A DNA stretch of 64,000 nucleotides from an uncultured Acidobacteriota bacterium (GTDB lineage: Bacteria > Acidobacteriota > Thermoanaerobaculia > Multivoradales > SZUA-115), in assembly GCA_963805975.1 (NCBI GenBank), contig CAWDVR010000001.1, positions 576,001 through 640,000 of the forward strand, written 5' to 3'. Position numbers and translations under genes: made by a program. Below, piece after piece: positions 39,018 through 48,482 of this stretch. The notes beneath the pieces are model-generated. The model was not told where the DNA came from. It saw only the letters and a list, made by a program, of their open reading frames with translations, and searched no databases. Numbering within the stretch: position 1 is the first letter of the stretch; each line of letters starts with the position of its first letter.

Positions 39018-39809
39018 ATGCCTGAGAAGAAAGCTGGGAAGGAAAAAGATCTCGAGAAGTACGACGACCTAGACAATCGTCACGACAAGTACCAGTCGGA
39101 TTTGGATAAAGGGCCAGACGCATTCTATCGGCGTGGCGAGGAGATCTCAGCCGATATGAGCGAAGAGGCCCGAGTCTCGCTCGAGATTCGCGAGAACAAG
39201 CAGAACGCGGCGCAGCTGACGAAACAGCTTCAGGAACTTGAGGTCGAGCGACAGAGGAAGGAATCCGAACTCTTGAAGCTCCGCGAGGAGTACATGGAAC
39301 GCGAGAATCGGAAGCCACCAGACTACGCGGAATCAACCGCTGGACGCGCGGAGATTGACCACGCCTACTCGGTCGTCTACACGTGGGCGCGGAACCAAAC
39401 GGATCAGTCGCTTTACGACGAGCATTGGAGAACCTGGCACAACCCTAGTCTTACACCAATTCAGCGGCAAGGCGCCCTGACCGCGATCAGCGATCGCCTG
39501 AATCGGCGGGAATTTAAGTTGCCCACTAACCGTCCTAAGGCAGAGTCACGGCGCCAGGCCCAATCAGAAGGCCATGCCTTCCCACCCGCAGTGCAAGACG
39601 CCGCCGAGTACAAAGACTACTACGTTAAGTTGAGAAGGTTCGCGGTCGCACTAACGCCCAAGCACCTGAGGGAGAACTTCAATCATGTTCATTCTCAGGT
39701 GTGTGCGACCAGCGATCCAGGGCTGCCGGAGTTGCTGCAACTAAAAGCGTATCTGCTCGATCTGCTTGCACGTCTAAGGTTTGCGCAAGATTACGCGGAG
39801 TCGCACTAG
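39018..39809 (+). CDS. Hypothetical protein with coiled-coil N-terminal half and atypical lower-GC composition
   Basis: RBS GGGAGGA; 263-aa ORF; many A/T-ending codons unlike the neighbouring genes. Confidence 0.65.
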   Translation: MPEKKAGKEKDLEKYDDLDNRHDKYQSDLDKGPDAFYRRGEEISADMSEEARVSLEIRENKQNAAQLTKQLQELEVERQRKESELLKLREEYMERENRKPPDYAESTAGRAEIDHAYSVVYTWARNQTDQSLYDEHWRTWHNPSLTPIQRQGALTAISDRLNRREFKLPTNRPKAESRRQAQSEGHAFPPAVQDAAEYKDYYVKLRRFAVALTPKHLRENFNHVHSQVCATSDPGLPELLQLKAYLLDLLARLRFAQDYAESH

Positions 39810-40016
39810 CGGCGGATGGGAGCCTCCGGAATCACACGTTCGACGACGGTTACAGCGGGACTCCTTGAGCTCAGTTCGAGGGCCCAAAACCTCGACCTTC
39901 AGTGCGAGCCTCACGGTGCGGGTATCCTCCCGGGGCACTCGGCGCCCCGAGCTGGGCCACCCACTCGCAATCGAGACTTGGACGAGCGCTTCCCGGCGCC
40001 CTGCTAGACTTTCTCG

Positions 40017-40877
40017 ATGCGACGGCATCCGCCCGGTGACACAGAGCAGGCAGCCGGCGAGGAGCGCCGCTACCACCACCGGTGGGGCAAGCGCACCGAC
40101 TCGGTGGAGGACCGGCAGTTTCTCGCCGGGCCGCGCTCGCGCACCGCGGAGCTGCTGCGGCTCTTCCGCATCGCGGGTGAGTTCATCCGCGGCTTTCGCC
40201 GGCTGCACTTCGTCGGCCCCTGCGTCACCGTGTTCGGCTCGGCCCGCTTCCCCCCCGAGCACCGCTTCTATGCCCTGGGGCAGGAAATGGGCTCGCGACT
40301 GGCGCGCGCCGGCTTCACGGTGATGACCGGCGGCGGCCCCGGCATCATGGAGGCGGCCAACCGCGGGGCGCGCGAGGCCGGCGGCACCTCCATCGGCTGC
40401 AACATCCGCCTGCCGAGAGAGCAAGACCCCAATCCCTACCTCGACACCTTCCTCGAGTTCCGCTACTTCTTCGTCCGCAAGGTGATGCTGGTCAAGTACT
40501 CCTACGCCTTCGTGGTGCTGCCCGGCGGCTTCGGCACTCTCGACGAGGTCTTCGAGACCCTCACCCTGATCCAGACCGGCAAGATCTACAACTTCCCGCT
40601 GGTGCTGATGGGCACGGACTACTGGTCCGGGCTGCTGGACTTCTTCCGCGGCACGCTGCTCGCCGAGCGCACCATCGACGCCCAGGATCTCGACCGCATC
40701 CTGGTCACGGACTCGCCCGAGGAGGCCATGCAGGCGATCGTCGCCGCCGCGACCGGCCCCTTCGGCCTCGAGCTCCAGCCCATCCAGCCGCAGCCCCTCC
40801 TGGGCGAGAGCGCACCGCAACCAGGCGTGACGCCGCTGCCCATCCGCAAGCCCGTGCCGGCTGCCGGCGGTTCGTAG
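40017..40877 (+). CDS. LOG family (TIGR00730-type) nucleotide phosphoribohydrolase
   Basis: VTVFGSAR, TGGGPGIMEAANRGA, FFVRK and PGGFGTLDE. Confidence 0.92.
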   Translation: MRRHPPGDTEQAAGEERRYHHRWGKRTDSVEDRQFLAGPRSRTAELLRLFRIAGEFIRGFRRLHFVGPCVTVFGSARFPPEHRFYALGQEMGSRLARAGFTVMTGGGPGIMEAANRGAREAGGTSIGCNIRLPREQDPNPYLDTFLEFRYFFVRKVMLVKYSYAFVVLPGGFGTLDEVFETLTLIQTGKIYNFPLVLMGTDYWSGLLDFFRGTLLAERTIDAQDLDRILVTDSPEEAMQAIVAAATGPFGLELQPIQPQPLLGESAPQPGVTPLPIRKPVPAAGGS

Positions 40878-40892
40878 GCCGCGGAGACTCGC

Positions 40893-41843
40893 GTGGCGAT
40901 CGCAGGAGAAAGCACGGCGCCAGCGCGGCCGGAAACCGGCGTCGTGCTGCCCCGCTTCGCGCTCCTCGGGGCGGCGGCCCTGTTCTCGACCGGTGGCGCG
41001 GCGATCAAGGCCACGGTGCTCTCGGGCTGGCAGGTGGCCTGCCTGCGCTCCGGCATCGCGGTGGCGGTGCTCGCGCTCTGGCTGGTGGTGGCGCGCGGCT
41101 CCCGGCCGCGGTTCACCCCCACCGTGTGGCTGGTGGCGGCCGTCCATGGCGCGACCATGGTGCTGTTCGTCACCGCCAACAAGCTGACCACGGCGGCGAG
41201 CGCCATCTTCCTGCAATCCACCGCGCCGCTCTACCTGCTGCTGCTCTCACCCTGGCTGCTGGGCGAGAAGGTGCGGGCCAGAGACCTGGCCTACATGCTG
41301 GTGCTGGCGGTGGGCCTCGCGTCCTTCTTCGTGGGCCTCGAACCGGCCTCGGCCACCGCCCCGGCGCCGCTCGCCGGCAACCTGCTCGGCGCCATCGCCG
41401 GCCTCACCTGGGCGCTCACCGTGATCGGCCTGCGCTGGCTGGGCTCCCGCTCGCCCGGGGCAGGGGGCGCCGGCGCCAGCGCGGACGTGACGGCCGTGCT
41501 CTGCGGCAACCTCCTCGCCTCGCTCGCGACCTTGCCGTGGGCCCTGCCGATCGCCGCCGAGCCGCGGGACTGGCTGGTCGTGCTCTACCTGGGCGCGCTC
41601 CAGATCGCGCTGGCTTACATTTTCCTCACCATCGGCACCCGGCGGGTGCCGGCGCTCGAGGCCTCGCTCCTGCTGCTGCTCGAACCCGTGCTCTCCTCGG
41701 TCTGGGCCTGGTGGTTCCACGGCGAGATGCCGGGCCCATGGTCCCTGGCCGGGGGTGCCCTGATCGTCGCGAGCACGGCGGTCAAGACCTGGCTCGATGC
41801 CCGGCAAGGGCCCCCTCTCGCGGCAGCCGCTTCGAGCGCATGA
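40893..41843 (+). CDS. EamA/DMT family transporter
   Basis: About ten TM helices; two EamA halves (LLGEKVR; LLEPVL..WFHGE). Confidence 0.88.
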   Translation: MAIAGESTAPARPETGVVLPRFALLGAAALFSTGGAAIKATVLSGWQVACLRSGIAVAVLALWLVVARGSRPRFTPTVWLVAAVHGATMVLFVTANKLTTAASAIFLQSTAPLYLLLLSPWLLGEKVRARDLAYMLVLAVGLASFFVGLEPASATAPAPLAGNLLGAIAGLTWALTVIGLRWLGSRSPGAGGAGASADVTAVLCGNLLASLATLPWALPIAAEPRDWLVVLYLGALQIALAYIFLTIGTRRVPALEASLLLLLEPVLSSVWAWWFHGEMPGPWSLAGGALIVASTAVKTWLDARQGPPLAAAASSA

Positions 41844-42694
41844 GCATGGAACCCAAGCCCTCTCCGAGCGAGGTCCGTGCCGCGGTGTGGAAGGCGGAGA
41901 GCGGAGAGGTCCGCGAGACCGAGGACACCCTCACGGTCGAGGAGCCGCTCGAGATCCGGCTCTCGGCAGGTGGCCGGGAGAAGACCGTCGCCGTCACCAT
42001 GCGCACGCCGGGCGCGGACGAGGAGCTGGCCCTGGGCTTCCTCTACGGCGAAGGCGTGATCCGCGAGCGCCGCGAGGTGCTGCGGGTGGAGACGCTGGCC
42101 GATCCCTGGGCGGCGCCGGGGCAGCCCTCGAACGTGCTGGCCGTGGAGCTGGCGGCGGCCGAGCTGCCCGAGCTCGCGGCGCTCGAGCGCCATTTCTTCG
42201 CTTCGAGCGCCTGCGGCGTGTGCGGCAAGGCGGGGATCGCCAACCTGCGCCAGAAGCTGCCGCGGCTCGAGCAGCAGGGGCCCAGGGTGAGCGCCGCCGT
42301 GCTCTGGTCGCTGCCGGGCCGCCTGCGCGCCGCGCAGGGCGTGTTCGAATCCACGGGTGGGCTCCATGCCGCGGCCCTCTTCACGGCCGAGGGCGAGCTG
42401 GTCGCGGCGCGCGAAGACGTGGGCCGTCACAACGCCACGGACAAGCTCGTGGGCTGGGCGCTCGGCCAGGGCCGGCTGCCGCTCGCGTCTGGGGTCGTCC
42501 TGGTGAGCGGCCGGTCGAGCTTCGAGATCGTGCAGAAGTGCGCCGCCGCCGGCGTGCCCGTGGTGGCCTCGGTCTCCGCCCCCAGCAGCCTCGCCGTGGC
42601 GCTGGCCGAAGAGCTGGGCATCACCCTGGTCGGCTTCCTGCGCGGCGAGCGTTTCAACGTCTACAGCGGCAGGGAGAGGATCGCCTTCGGCTGA
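41840..42694 (+). CDS. fdhD: Formate dehydrogenase accessory sulfurtransferase FdhD
   Basis: VEEPLEI, TMRTPG, SSACGVCGK, TGGLHAA, REDVGRHNA and SAPSSLAV. Confidence 0.93.
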   Translation: MSMEPKPSPSEVRAAVWKAESGEVRETEDTLTVEEPLEIRLSAGGREKTVAVTMRTPGADEELALGFLYGEGVIRERREVLRVETLADPWAAPGQPSNVLAVELAAAELPELAALERHFFASSACGVCGKAGIANLRQKLPRLEQQGPRVSAAVLWSLPGRLRAAQGVFESTGGLHAAALFTAEGELVAAREDVGRHNATDKLVGWALGQGRLPLASGVVLVSGRSSFEIVQKCAAAGVPVVASVSAPSSLAVALAEELGITLVGFLRGERFNVYSGRERIAFG

Positions 42695-42745
42695 GGCGCT
42701 CCCAGGCTTGCGCCCCGGCCCTCTTCGGCGATAGCGTCCCGCCCC

Positions 42746-43486
42746 ATGCTCGAGCTTCTCTCCTCCCCGGACACCTGGATCGCCTTTCTGACCCTGGCGG
42801 CGCTCGAGATCGTTCTCGGCATCGACAACATCGTCTTCATCACCATCCTGGCCGGGAAGCTGCCGAAGGACAAGCAGATCAAGGCGCGGCGCCTGGGCCT
42901 CGCGGTGGCGCTCCTCTCGCGCCTGGGCCTCCTGGCGACGCTCTCCTGGATGGTTGGCCTGACCAAGCCGCTGTTCGCGGTGCTCGGTCACGAGGTGTCG
43001 GGCCGCGATTTGATCCTGCTGGTGGGCGGGCTCTTCCTGCTCGCCAAGGCCACGCTCGAGATCTACGACAAGGTGGAGGCCGCGCACCCCACGGAAGACC
43101 AGATGCGCTCGGCCAAGGCGGTGTCCATGGCCTCGATCCTCGCCCAGATCATGTTCCTCGACATCGTCTTCTCGCTCGACTCGGTGATCACCGCCGTGGG
43201 CATGGTGAACAACCTGTGGATCATGTCCGCCGCGGTGGTGGCGGCGGTGGCGGTGATGATGATCTTCGCCCGCCCGGTGGGCGACTTCGTGGACCGCCAT
43301 CCCTCGATCAAGATCCTCGCCCTCTCGTTCCTGGTGATGATCGGCGTGCTGCTGGTGGCCGAGGGCATGGGCCGCCATGTGGAGAAGGGCTATATCTACT
43401 TCGGCATGGCCTTCTCGCTCCTCATCGAGCTGCTCAACATGCGCTACCGGGCACGCAGCGCACGGCTCGACAAGGCAGCTCACTAG
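42746..43486 (+). CDS. TerC family membrane protein
   Basis: LEIVLGIDNIVFI, DIVFSLDSVITAVG and KGYIYFGMAFS. Confidence 0.93.
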   Translation: MLELLSSPDTWIAFLTLAALEIVLGIDNIVFITILAGKLPKDKQIKARRLGLAVALLSRLGLLATLSWMVGLTKPLFAVLGHEVSGRDLILLVGGLFLLAKATLEIYDKVEAAHPTEDQMRSAKAVSMASILAQIMFLDIVFSLDSVITAVGMVNNLWIMSAAVVAAVAVMMIFARPVGDFVDRHPSIKILALSFLVMIGVLLVAEGMGRHVEKGYIYFGMAFSLLIELLNMRYRARSARLDKAAH

Positions 43487-43511
43487 AACCCGAGACTTTC
43501 AGGCGGCGAGG

Positions 43512-46500
43512 TCAGCCGTCCGTGGCCTGGGCGCGCAGCAGCGCCGCCAACCGTTCCCGCGCCCCGGCCGGCCCGCCGGGCGGCAGATCCTCCAGCACGG
43601 CCAGCGCCTCGGCGGCGATCGCCTGGCGGCGAGCCCGGTCCGGCAGCGTGGCGCGGCTGACCTCGTCCAGCGAGGCGAGGGCGGTGGCCGCGTCGCCCGC
43701 CTGGGCTCCCAGCCGCGCGCGGAGCAGCAGATCGGCGGCCGAGGCACTGGTGGCGAGGAGAGGGTCGAGCAGCCGCACCGCCTCGCTCGCCGCCACCGGC
43801 TCGCCGCCCGCGAGGCGCCAGGCGATGCGGAGGCGCGTGGCGGCGTTGTAGAGCGGGTGCCGGGGCGGGACCGCGGCGAGGGCCCCTTCGAGCGCCGCGA
43901 GCTCACCTTCTGCGCGCCCGTCGGCCCGCGGGTCGGCGAGGCGCCAGCCGGCGAGAACGGCGCTGGCGGCGGCGTCGCTCTCCGCCCAGGCGCGGAGCTC
44001 CGCCGGCCCGCGTTCCTCGGCCATCGCCGGGCGCAGGGCGAGGAGCAAGGCGGAACGCACCTCCTCCGAGGGCTCGGCCACGAGCGCCGGGTCCGCCGCG
44101 CGGCGGCGCCCTCCCGCGAGGTCCAAGAGGAGAAACGCGGCATGCCGCTCGGACGCCGAGGACAGGGCCGCCGCGGCGCGCAGCGCCCGAGCGGGCTGCC
44201 GCTGGCGGATGAGCCAGCGCACCACGTAGGTGCCGTCCGCGCCCGGCGGCAGGCGCCGGATGGAGTCGAAGGGGGCGATCAGGCGGTCGAGACCCGCGCG
44301 GCCGATGGGGTTCGAAAGGGCGCGGGGCGAGCGCGTCTGCAGCAGGTTCCGGCGGTCGCTGTTGAGCTCCGCACCGGCGGCGAGCTCGCGCGAGCCGGAG
44401 CCGTCGAGCACCCGGGCGAGGAGCAGATCCTCGGCGGTCTCGACCCCCACCAGGCGCCACGCCTCGGCCGAGGCCGCGGCGAGAAACGGCGCGCCGCCCC
44501 GCCCGAGCGGCTGGCCGGAGGCCACGAAGAGCACCGCTCCCCACGGGTACGGCTGGTAGACCTCGACGTGGGGAAAGGCCTCCGAGAGCGTCGCGACGAG
44601 GCTCCGGAGCAGGGGCGCGTCCACGAAGTCGAGCCCGATCCACTGCACGAAGACGCCGCCGGCAGCCAGATGCTCGCGGGCGAGCTCGAAGAACTCGCGG
44701 GTGAAGAGGTGCGAGGAGCCGCTGGTCCAGGGATGCGAGGGCTGCGACACGATGGCGTCGAAGCGCTGGCGCGAGAGGGTGAGCACGCTCCGCACGTCGC
44801 CCACGTGCAGCGACAGCCGCGGGTCGGCGAGCGGGTCGCGGCGCCGCTCCCCGGCGAGATGCCGGTTGGCGGCGATCATCTCGGGCTCGAGCTCCACCAC
44901 GTGGACCTGCTCCACGGACGAGGGCAGATCCTCGATCGAGTGGCCGGCCCCGAGCCCCACCACCAGCAATTTGCCGACGTTCTCCCGCACCGCGCCCGGC
45001 AGCAGCGTCAGCCAGCGGGCCACGGCGTAGCGGCCGGGGCGCGCGCCGGGCGGCTGCACCGCCGACTCCGGAAGCCCATTGCCGGTGAGGCGCCATTCGG
45101 CGCCGTCCTCGTGCAGCAGCACGGTGGCGCCCCGGCCCACGCCGTAGAACATCACTTCACCGAAGCCGGAGGTTGCCGAGGCTTCCGCGTCCACGGGCCC
45201 CTCTTCGACCGCCGCCGGTGTCTCGCGAGGTGGCCGGCGGGCGGTGTCCGCCGCCGGGCCGGCGAGCAGGATGGCGAGGGGCGAGGAGCGCAGCACGTTC
45301 CAGGGCGTGGGAGGCCGCACGAAGGCGAGGGCGGCGAGGCCCACGGCCGCCGCCACCAGGGCCCAGTCGAGCCGCGGGCGCTCGGCGAGAGCGACCACCG
45401 CGGCGAGCGCCAGGCTCACCGTCGCCGCCAGCGCCATGGCGCCGGCAAAGCCCAGGCCGGGCAGCAGCCAGAGGCCGGTCGCGACCGTGCCGGCCACGGC
45501 GCCGATCGTGTTCCAGGCTAGCGTCCGGCCGGCCGCGGTCGAGGCCTGGCGGGCGTCCCCGGCGAGCACGCGGACGGCGAGCGGGAAGGTCGCGCCCAGG
45601 CAGAGGGCGCCGGGCAGGATCAGGAGGCCGCCCAGGATCGCCGTCGCCGCCAGCCGGCTGTGCCCCGCGGCGGCGAGATCCGCGCCCCACGTCGGCACCC
45701 GGTCCGCGGCGGCGAAGGCGGCGAGCGACAGGAGCGCCGCGCCGAGCTGCGCCACCGCCAGCCCGAGGCGGGCTCGCTCGCGGCTCTTCGCCAGGCCGGC
45801 GGCGATCGACGCCCCCAGGGCGATGGCCACCAGGAACGCCGCCAGCATGGTGCCCAGGGCGTAGACGCTGCCGCCCACCAAGTGGGTGAGAAGCCGGCTC
45901 CAGACGATCTCGCAGCCCAGCGCCACCGCGCCAGAGAGCGCGGCCACCGCGAGCGGCCAGAACGGCCCGCGCTCACGGGTCGTGGGCGTGGCCCCGGCGC
46001 TCTCCTCGGGCGCCAGGCGGGGCGAGGCGGCCCCGAGCCCTGCCGCGAGGAGAGCTACGCAGACGTTGAGCCCCACGCCGGCCAGCGTGGCGCGGCCGAG
46101 CCCCAGCGTGGGGAGCAGCAGGAAGGCGGTTCCCACGGCCCCCGCCGCCGCGCCGAGCGTGTTGGCGGCGTAGAGCGTGCCCACGCGGGTGCCGATCGCC
46201 TCCTCGCGCCGTACCGCGTGCCGCACCAGGAGCGGCAAGGTGACTCCCATCAGAGCGGTGGGGACGAGGAGGATCAGGAACGAGGAGGCGAGCTGGAACA
46301 GCGTCGAAACGGCGAGCCCACCGTCCGCGCCGTACACCCCGTCGGTGGCCAGCAGCAGCACCTCGAGGCGGCCTGGCCGCGGCGATGAGCGAGGGCACGG
46401 CGAGCGCCAGCAGGCCGATGGCGAGCTCGATCACGGCATAGGCGAGAAGCGGCCGGGTACTACGGCGCGCCCAGCGCGCACCGGCCGCGGCACCCGCCGC

Positions 46501-46656
46501 GAGCCCGGTCATGTACGCGGCGAGGACCGAGACCAGCGCCAGCTCCGAGGCGCCGAACACGAGCGCCAGCTCTTCCATCCACACCGTCTCGAACACCAGC
46601 GCCGAAGTGCCGGAGAGCACGAAGCAGGCGAGGAGGAGCAGGAAGCGGAGGTCCAT
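43512..46656 (-). CDS. Fused multi-TM / spermidine-synthase-like SAM-binding protein, apparent frameshift near 46370
   Basis: N-terminal SGTSALVFETVW..VLAAYMTGLA in one frame, continuing as PTALMGVTLP and LYAANTLG; SAM-fold motifs VGLGAG, VELEP, GDVR and DAIVSQPSHPW; helical C-terminus. Confidence 0.82.
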
Positions 46657-46664
46657 GGCCGGGC

Positions 46665-48482
46665 TCAGGAGCCCGCGGCCAAGCCCAGCCGGGCGACGAC
46701 CGCCTCCCTCCGGAAGCGGAAATCCGCGCCGGCGAGGATCTCGTCGACGACCTGGCGGTAGAGCTGCTGCTGGTGGCGCTCGAGGTAGTCTTTTTTCACC
46801 GGCTCCGCCACCTCCTCGTAGGGCCGTTCGCGAGGCTCCTCGCGCTCGGCGACCTGGATCAGCGAGAGCTGGCGGTTGAACTGGAAGGGGATGGTGTAGC
46901 CCGTGCCCGTCATGTCCAGGAGGTAGAAGCGGACCTTGGGCTCGAACGAGGCGAGCGCGGCGGCAGGGGTCCAGCCCGGCTCGCGCACCGTGCCGCCGAT
47001 CGCGGCGGCCGCCTGCGCGAGGTCGGTCGAGCCGGCCTCGAGCTCCCGCCGCAGCTCTTCGAGCCGCGCCAGCCGGGCCGGCGGGTTGTCGCCGAGCGGC
47101 GCCGTGAGCACCGCCAGCTTCAGGCGCAGGGGAGTCTGGTAGAGGAAGCGGTTGTCCTCGTAGAAGCGCTGCCGCTCGGCCTCGGCGCTCTCGACCTCGA
47201 CCGTCATGCGGCGCTCGATCTCGTAGTCGAGCCAGCGCTCGCCGCCCAGCCGCCGCTCCAGGGCCTCGATCGCCGGCTTCCGACGCTCGTCGAAGCCCTC
47301 GCGCTCCGCCCGGAGGAAGAGCCGCTGGCGCAGCACCTGCGTGTCGTAGAAGCGTTCCATGTCGCGCTCCGGCTCGAGCGAGGGCGGGGCGTTGTGGCGC
47401 CGCTCGCCGAAGAGCTTGCGCAGCTCGGCGACGGTCAGCCGGTAGCCGCCCACCTCGAGCACCACCTCCTCGTCGCCCAGGGCCGGCGCGCGGCGCAGGG
47501 TCTCGGCGTCGAGCACCCGCGCCTCGACCGGCAGCGGCTCGTCGCCGGCCGCCTTGGCGAGCGCCTCACGGAGCTTCTCTTCGCGCAGCTCGCGGGTGAT
47601 GGCCAGCCGCACGTCCGCCAGCGGGAAGGTCTTCTCCGGGATCACGTCGGTGACCCGGAAGAGGAGAACTCCCTGGCGGCCCGAGACCGGGGCGCTGACC
47701 TCGCCGGGCCCGAGAGCGAACACGACCTTCTCGAGCTCCGGGGGCAGCTTGCCGGCGACCACCGCGCCGAGGCGCCCGCCCAGGAGCCGGGTCTCCGACT
47801 GCGAGTGCTGTCGCGCCAGGTCGGCGAAGCTGGCGCCGGCCGCGATCTGCTGCGCGAGCGCCTCGACGAAGGCCACCGTCTTCTCCGGGTGCGCGGCGTC
47901 TTCGTGGCGGCGGAAGATGTGCCAGACCTGGCGCTGGGAGGGTCGGTGGAAGCGCGCGCGGTGGTCCGCGTAGTAGGCCTCGATCTCCGGCTCGGAGACG
48001 GCCAGGTCGGGCCGCAGGTTCTCCTGCAGGTAGAGCTCGATCACGGCGTCGCGATAGACCGTGTCCCGATCCGGGCCCAGGGCATCGAGCGCGCGGTCCA
48101 CGTCCTCGGAGGCCGGCAGCAGGGCGCGCTGGACCACCCAGTCCTCGGCCGCGCGGCGGTAGGCGTCCACCAGCGCCTCGGGGTCCTTGGCCGGCTCGGC
48201 CGCGGTCGAGGCGCGCACCGCCGGCTCGACGGCCGCGAAGGTCACGGCCCCCACCTTGCTGGTTGCCACCACATCCGCGGGCGGCGTCTCCCGGTCCGGA
48301 GACGACCCGCCGCAGGCGGCGGCGAGCAGGGCTGCGACAGCGATGGCCGCCAAGGAACCGCGAGGCCGGAGCTGCCCGGAGATGCAAGGCATCCGGCCCC
48401 GCGGCGACGGAGGCGTAGTTTTCCTACGTCGAGGAGCCGAGGGGCCGGATAACGCAGCAGATTCGGGTAGCTCCGGCCTCAC
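46665..48482 (-). CDS. Parvulin-type peptidyl-prolyl isomerase/foldase (SurA/PrsA-like), probable lipoprotein
   Basis: LAAAC lipobox; EIEAYYADHRARF, WHIF, FADLARQHSQ..GGRLG and GEVSAPV. GTGA overlap with the upstream stop; the true start may be further downstream. Confidence 0.78.
   Translation of the reverse strand: MRPELPESAALSGPSAPRRRKTTPPSPRGRMPCISGQLRPRGSLAAIAVAALLAAACGGSSPDRETPPADVVATSKVGAVTFAAVEPAVRASTAAEPAKDPEALVDAYRRAAEDWVVQRALLPASEDVDRALDALGPDRDTVYRDAVIELYLQENLRPDLAVSEPEIEAYYADHRARFHRPSQRQVWHIFRRHEDAAHPEKTVAFVEALAQQIAAGASFADLARQHSQSETRLLGGRLGAVVAGKLPPELEKVVFALGPGEVSAPVSGRQGVLLFRVTDVIPEKTFPLADVRLAITRELREEKLREALAKAAGDEPLPVEARVLDAETLRRAPALGDEEVVLEVGGYRLTVAELRKLFGERRHNAPPSLEPERDMERFYDTQVLRQRLFLRAEREGFDERRKPAIEALERRLGGERWLDYEIERRMTVEVESAEAERQRFYEDNRFLYQTPLRLKLAVLTAPLGDNPPARLARLEELRRELEAGSTDLAQAAAAIGGTVREPGWTPAAALASFEPKVRFYLLDMTGTGYTIPFQFNRQLSLIQVAEREEPRERPYEEVAEPVKKDYLERHQQQLYRQVVDEILAGADFRFRREAVVARLGLAAGS

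Noticed and set aside
41840-42694. fdhD as a marker of a formate dehydrogenase or selenoprotein locus
   Set aside because: No FDH subunits, sel genes or in-frame TGA candidates were seen in the window.
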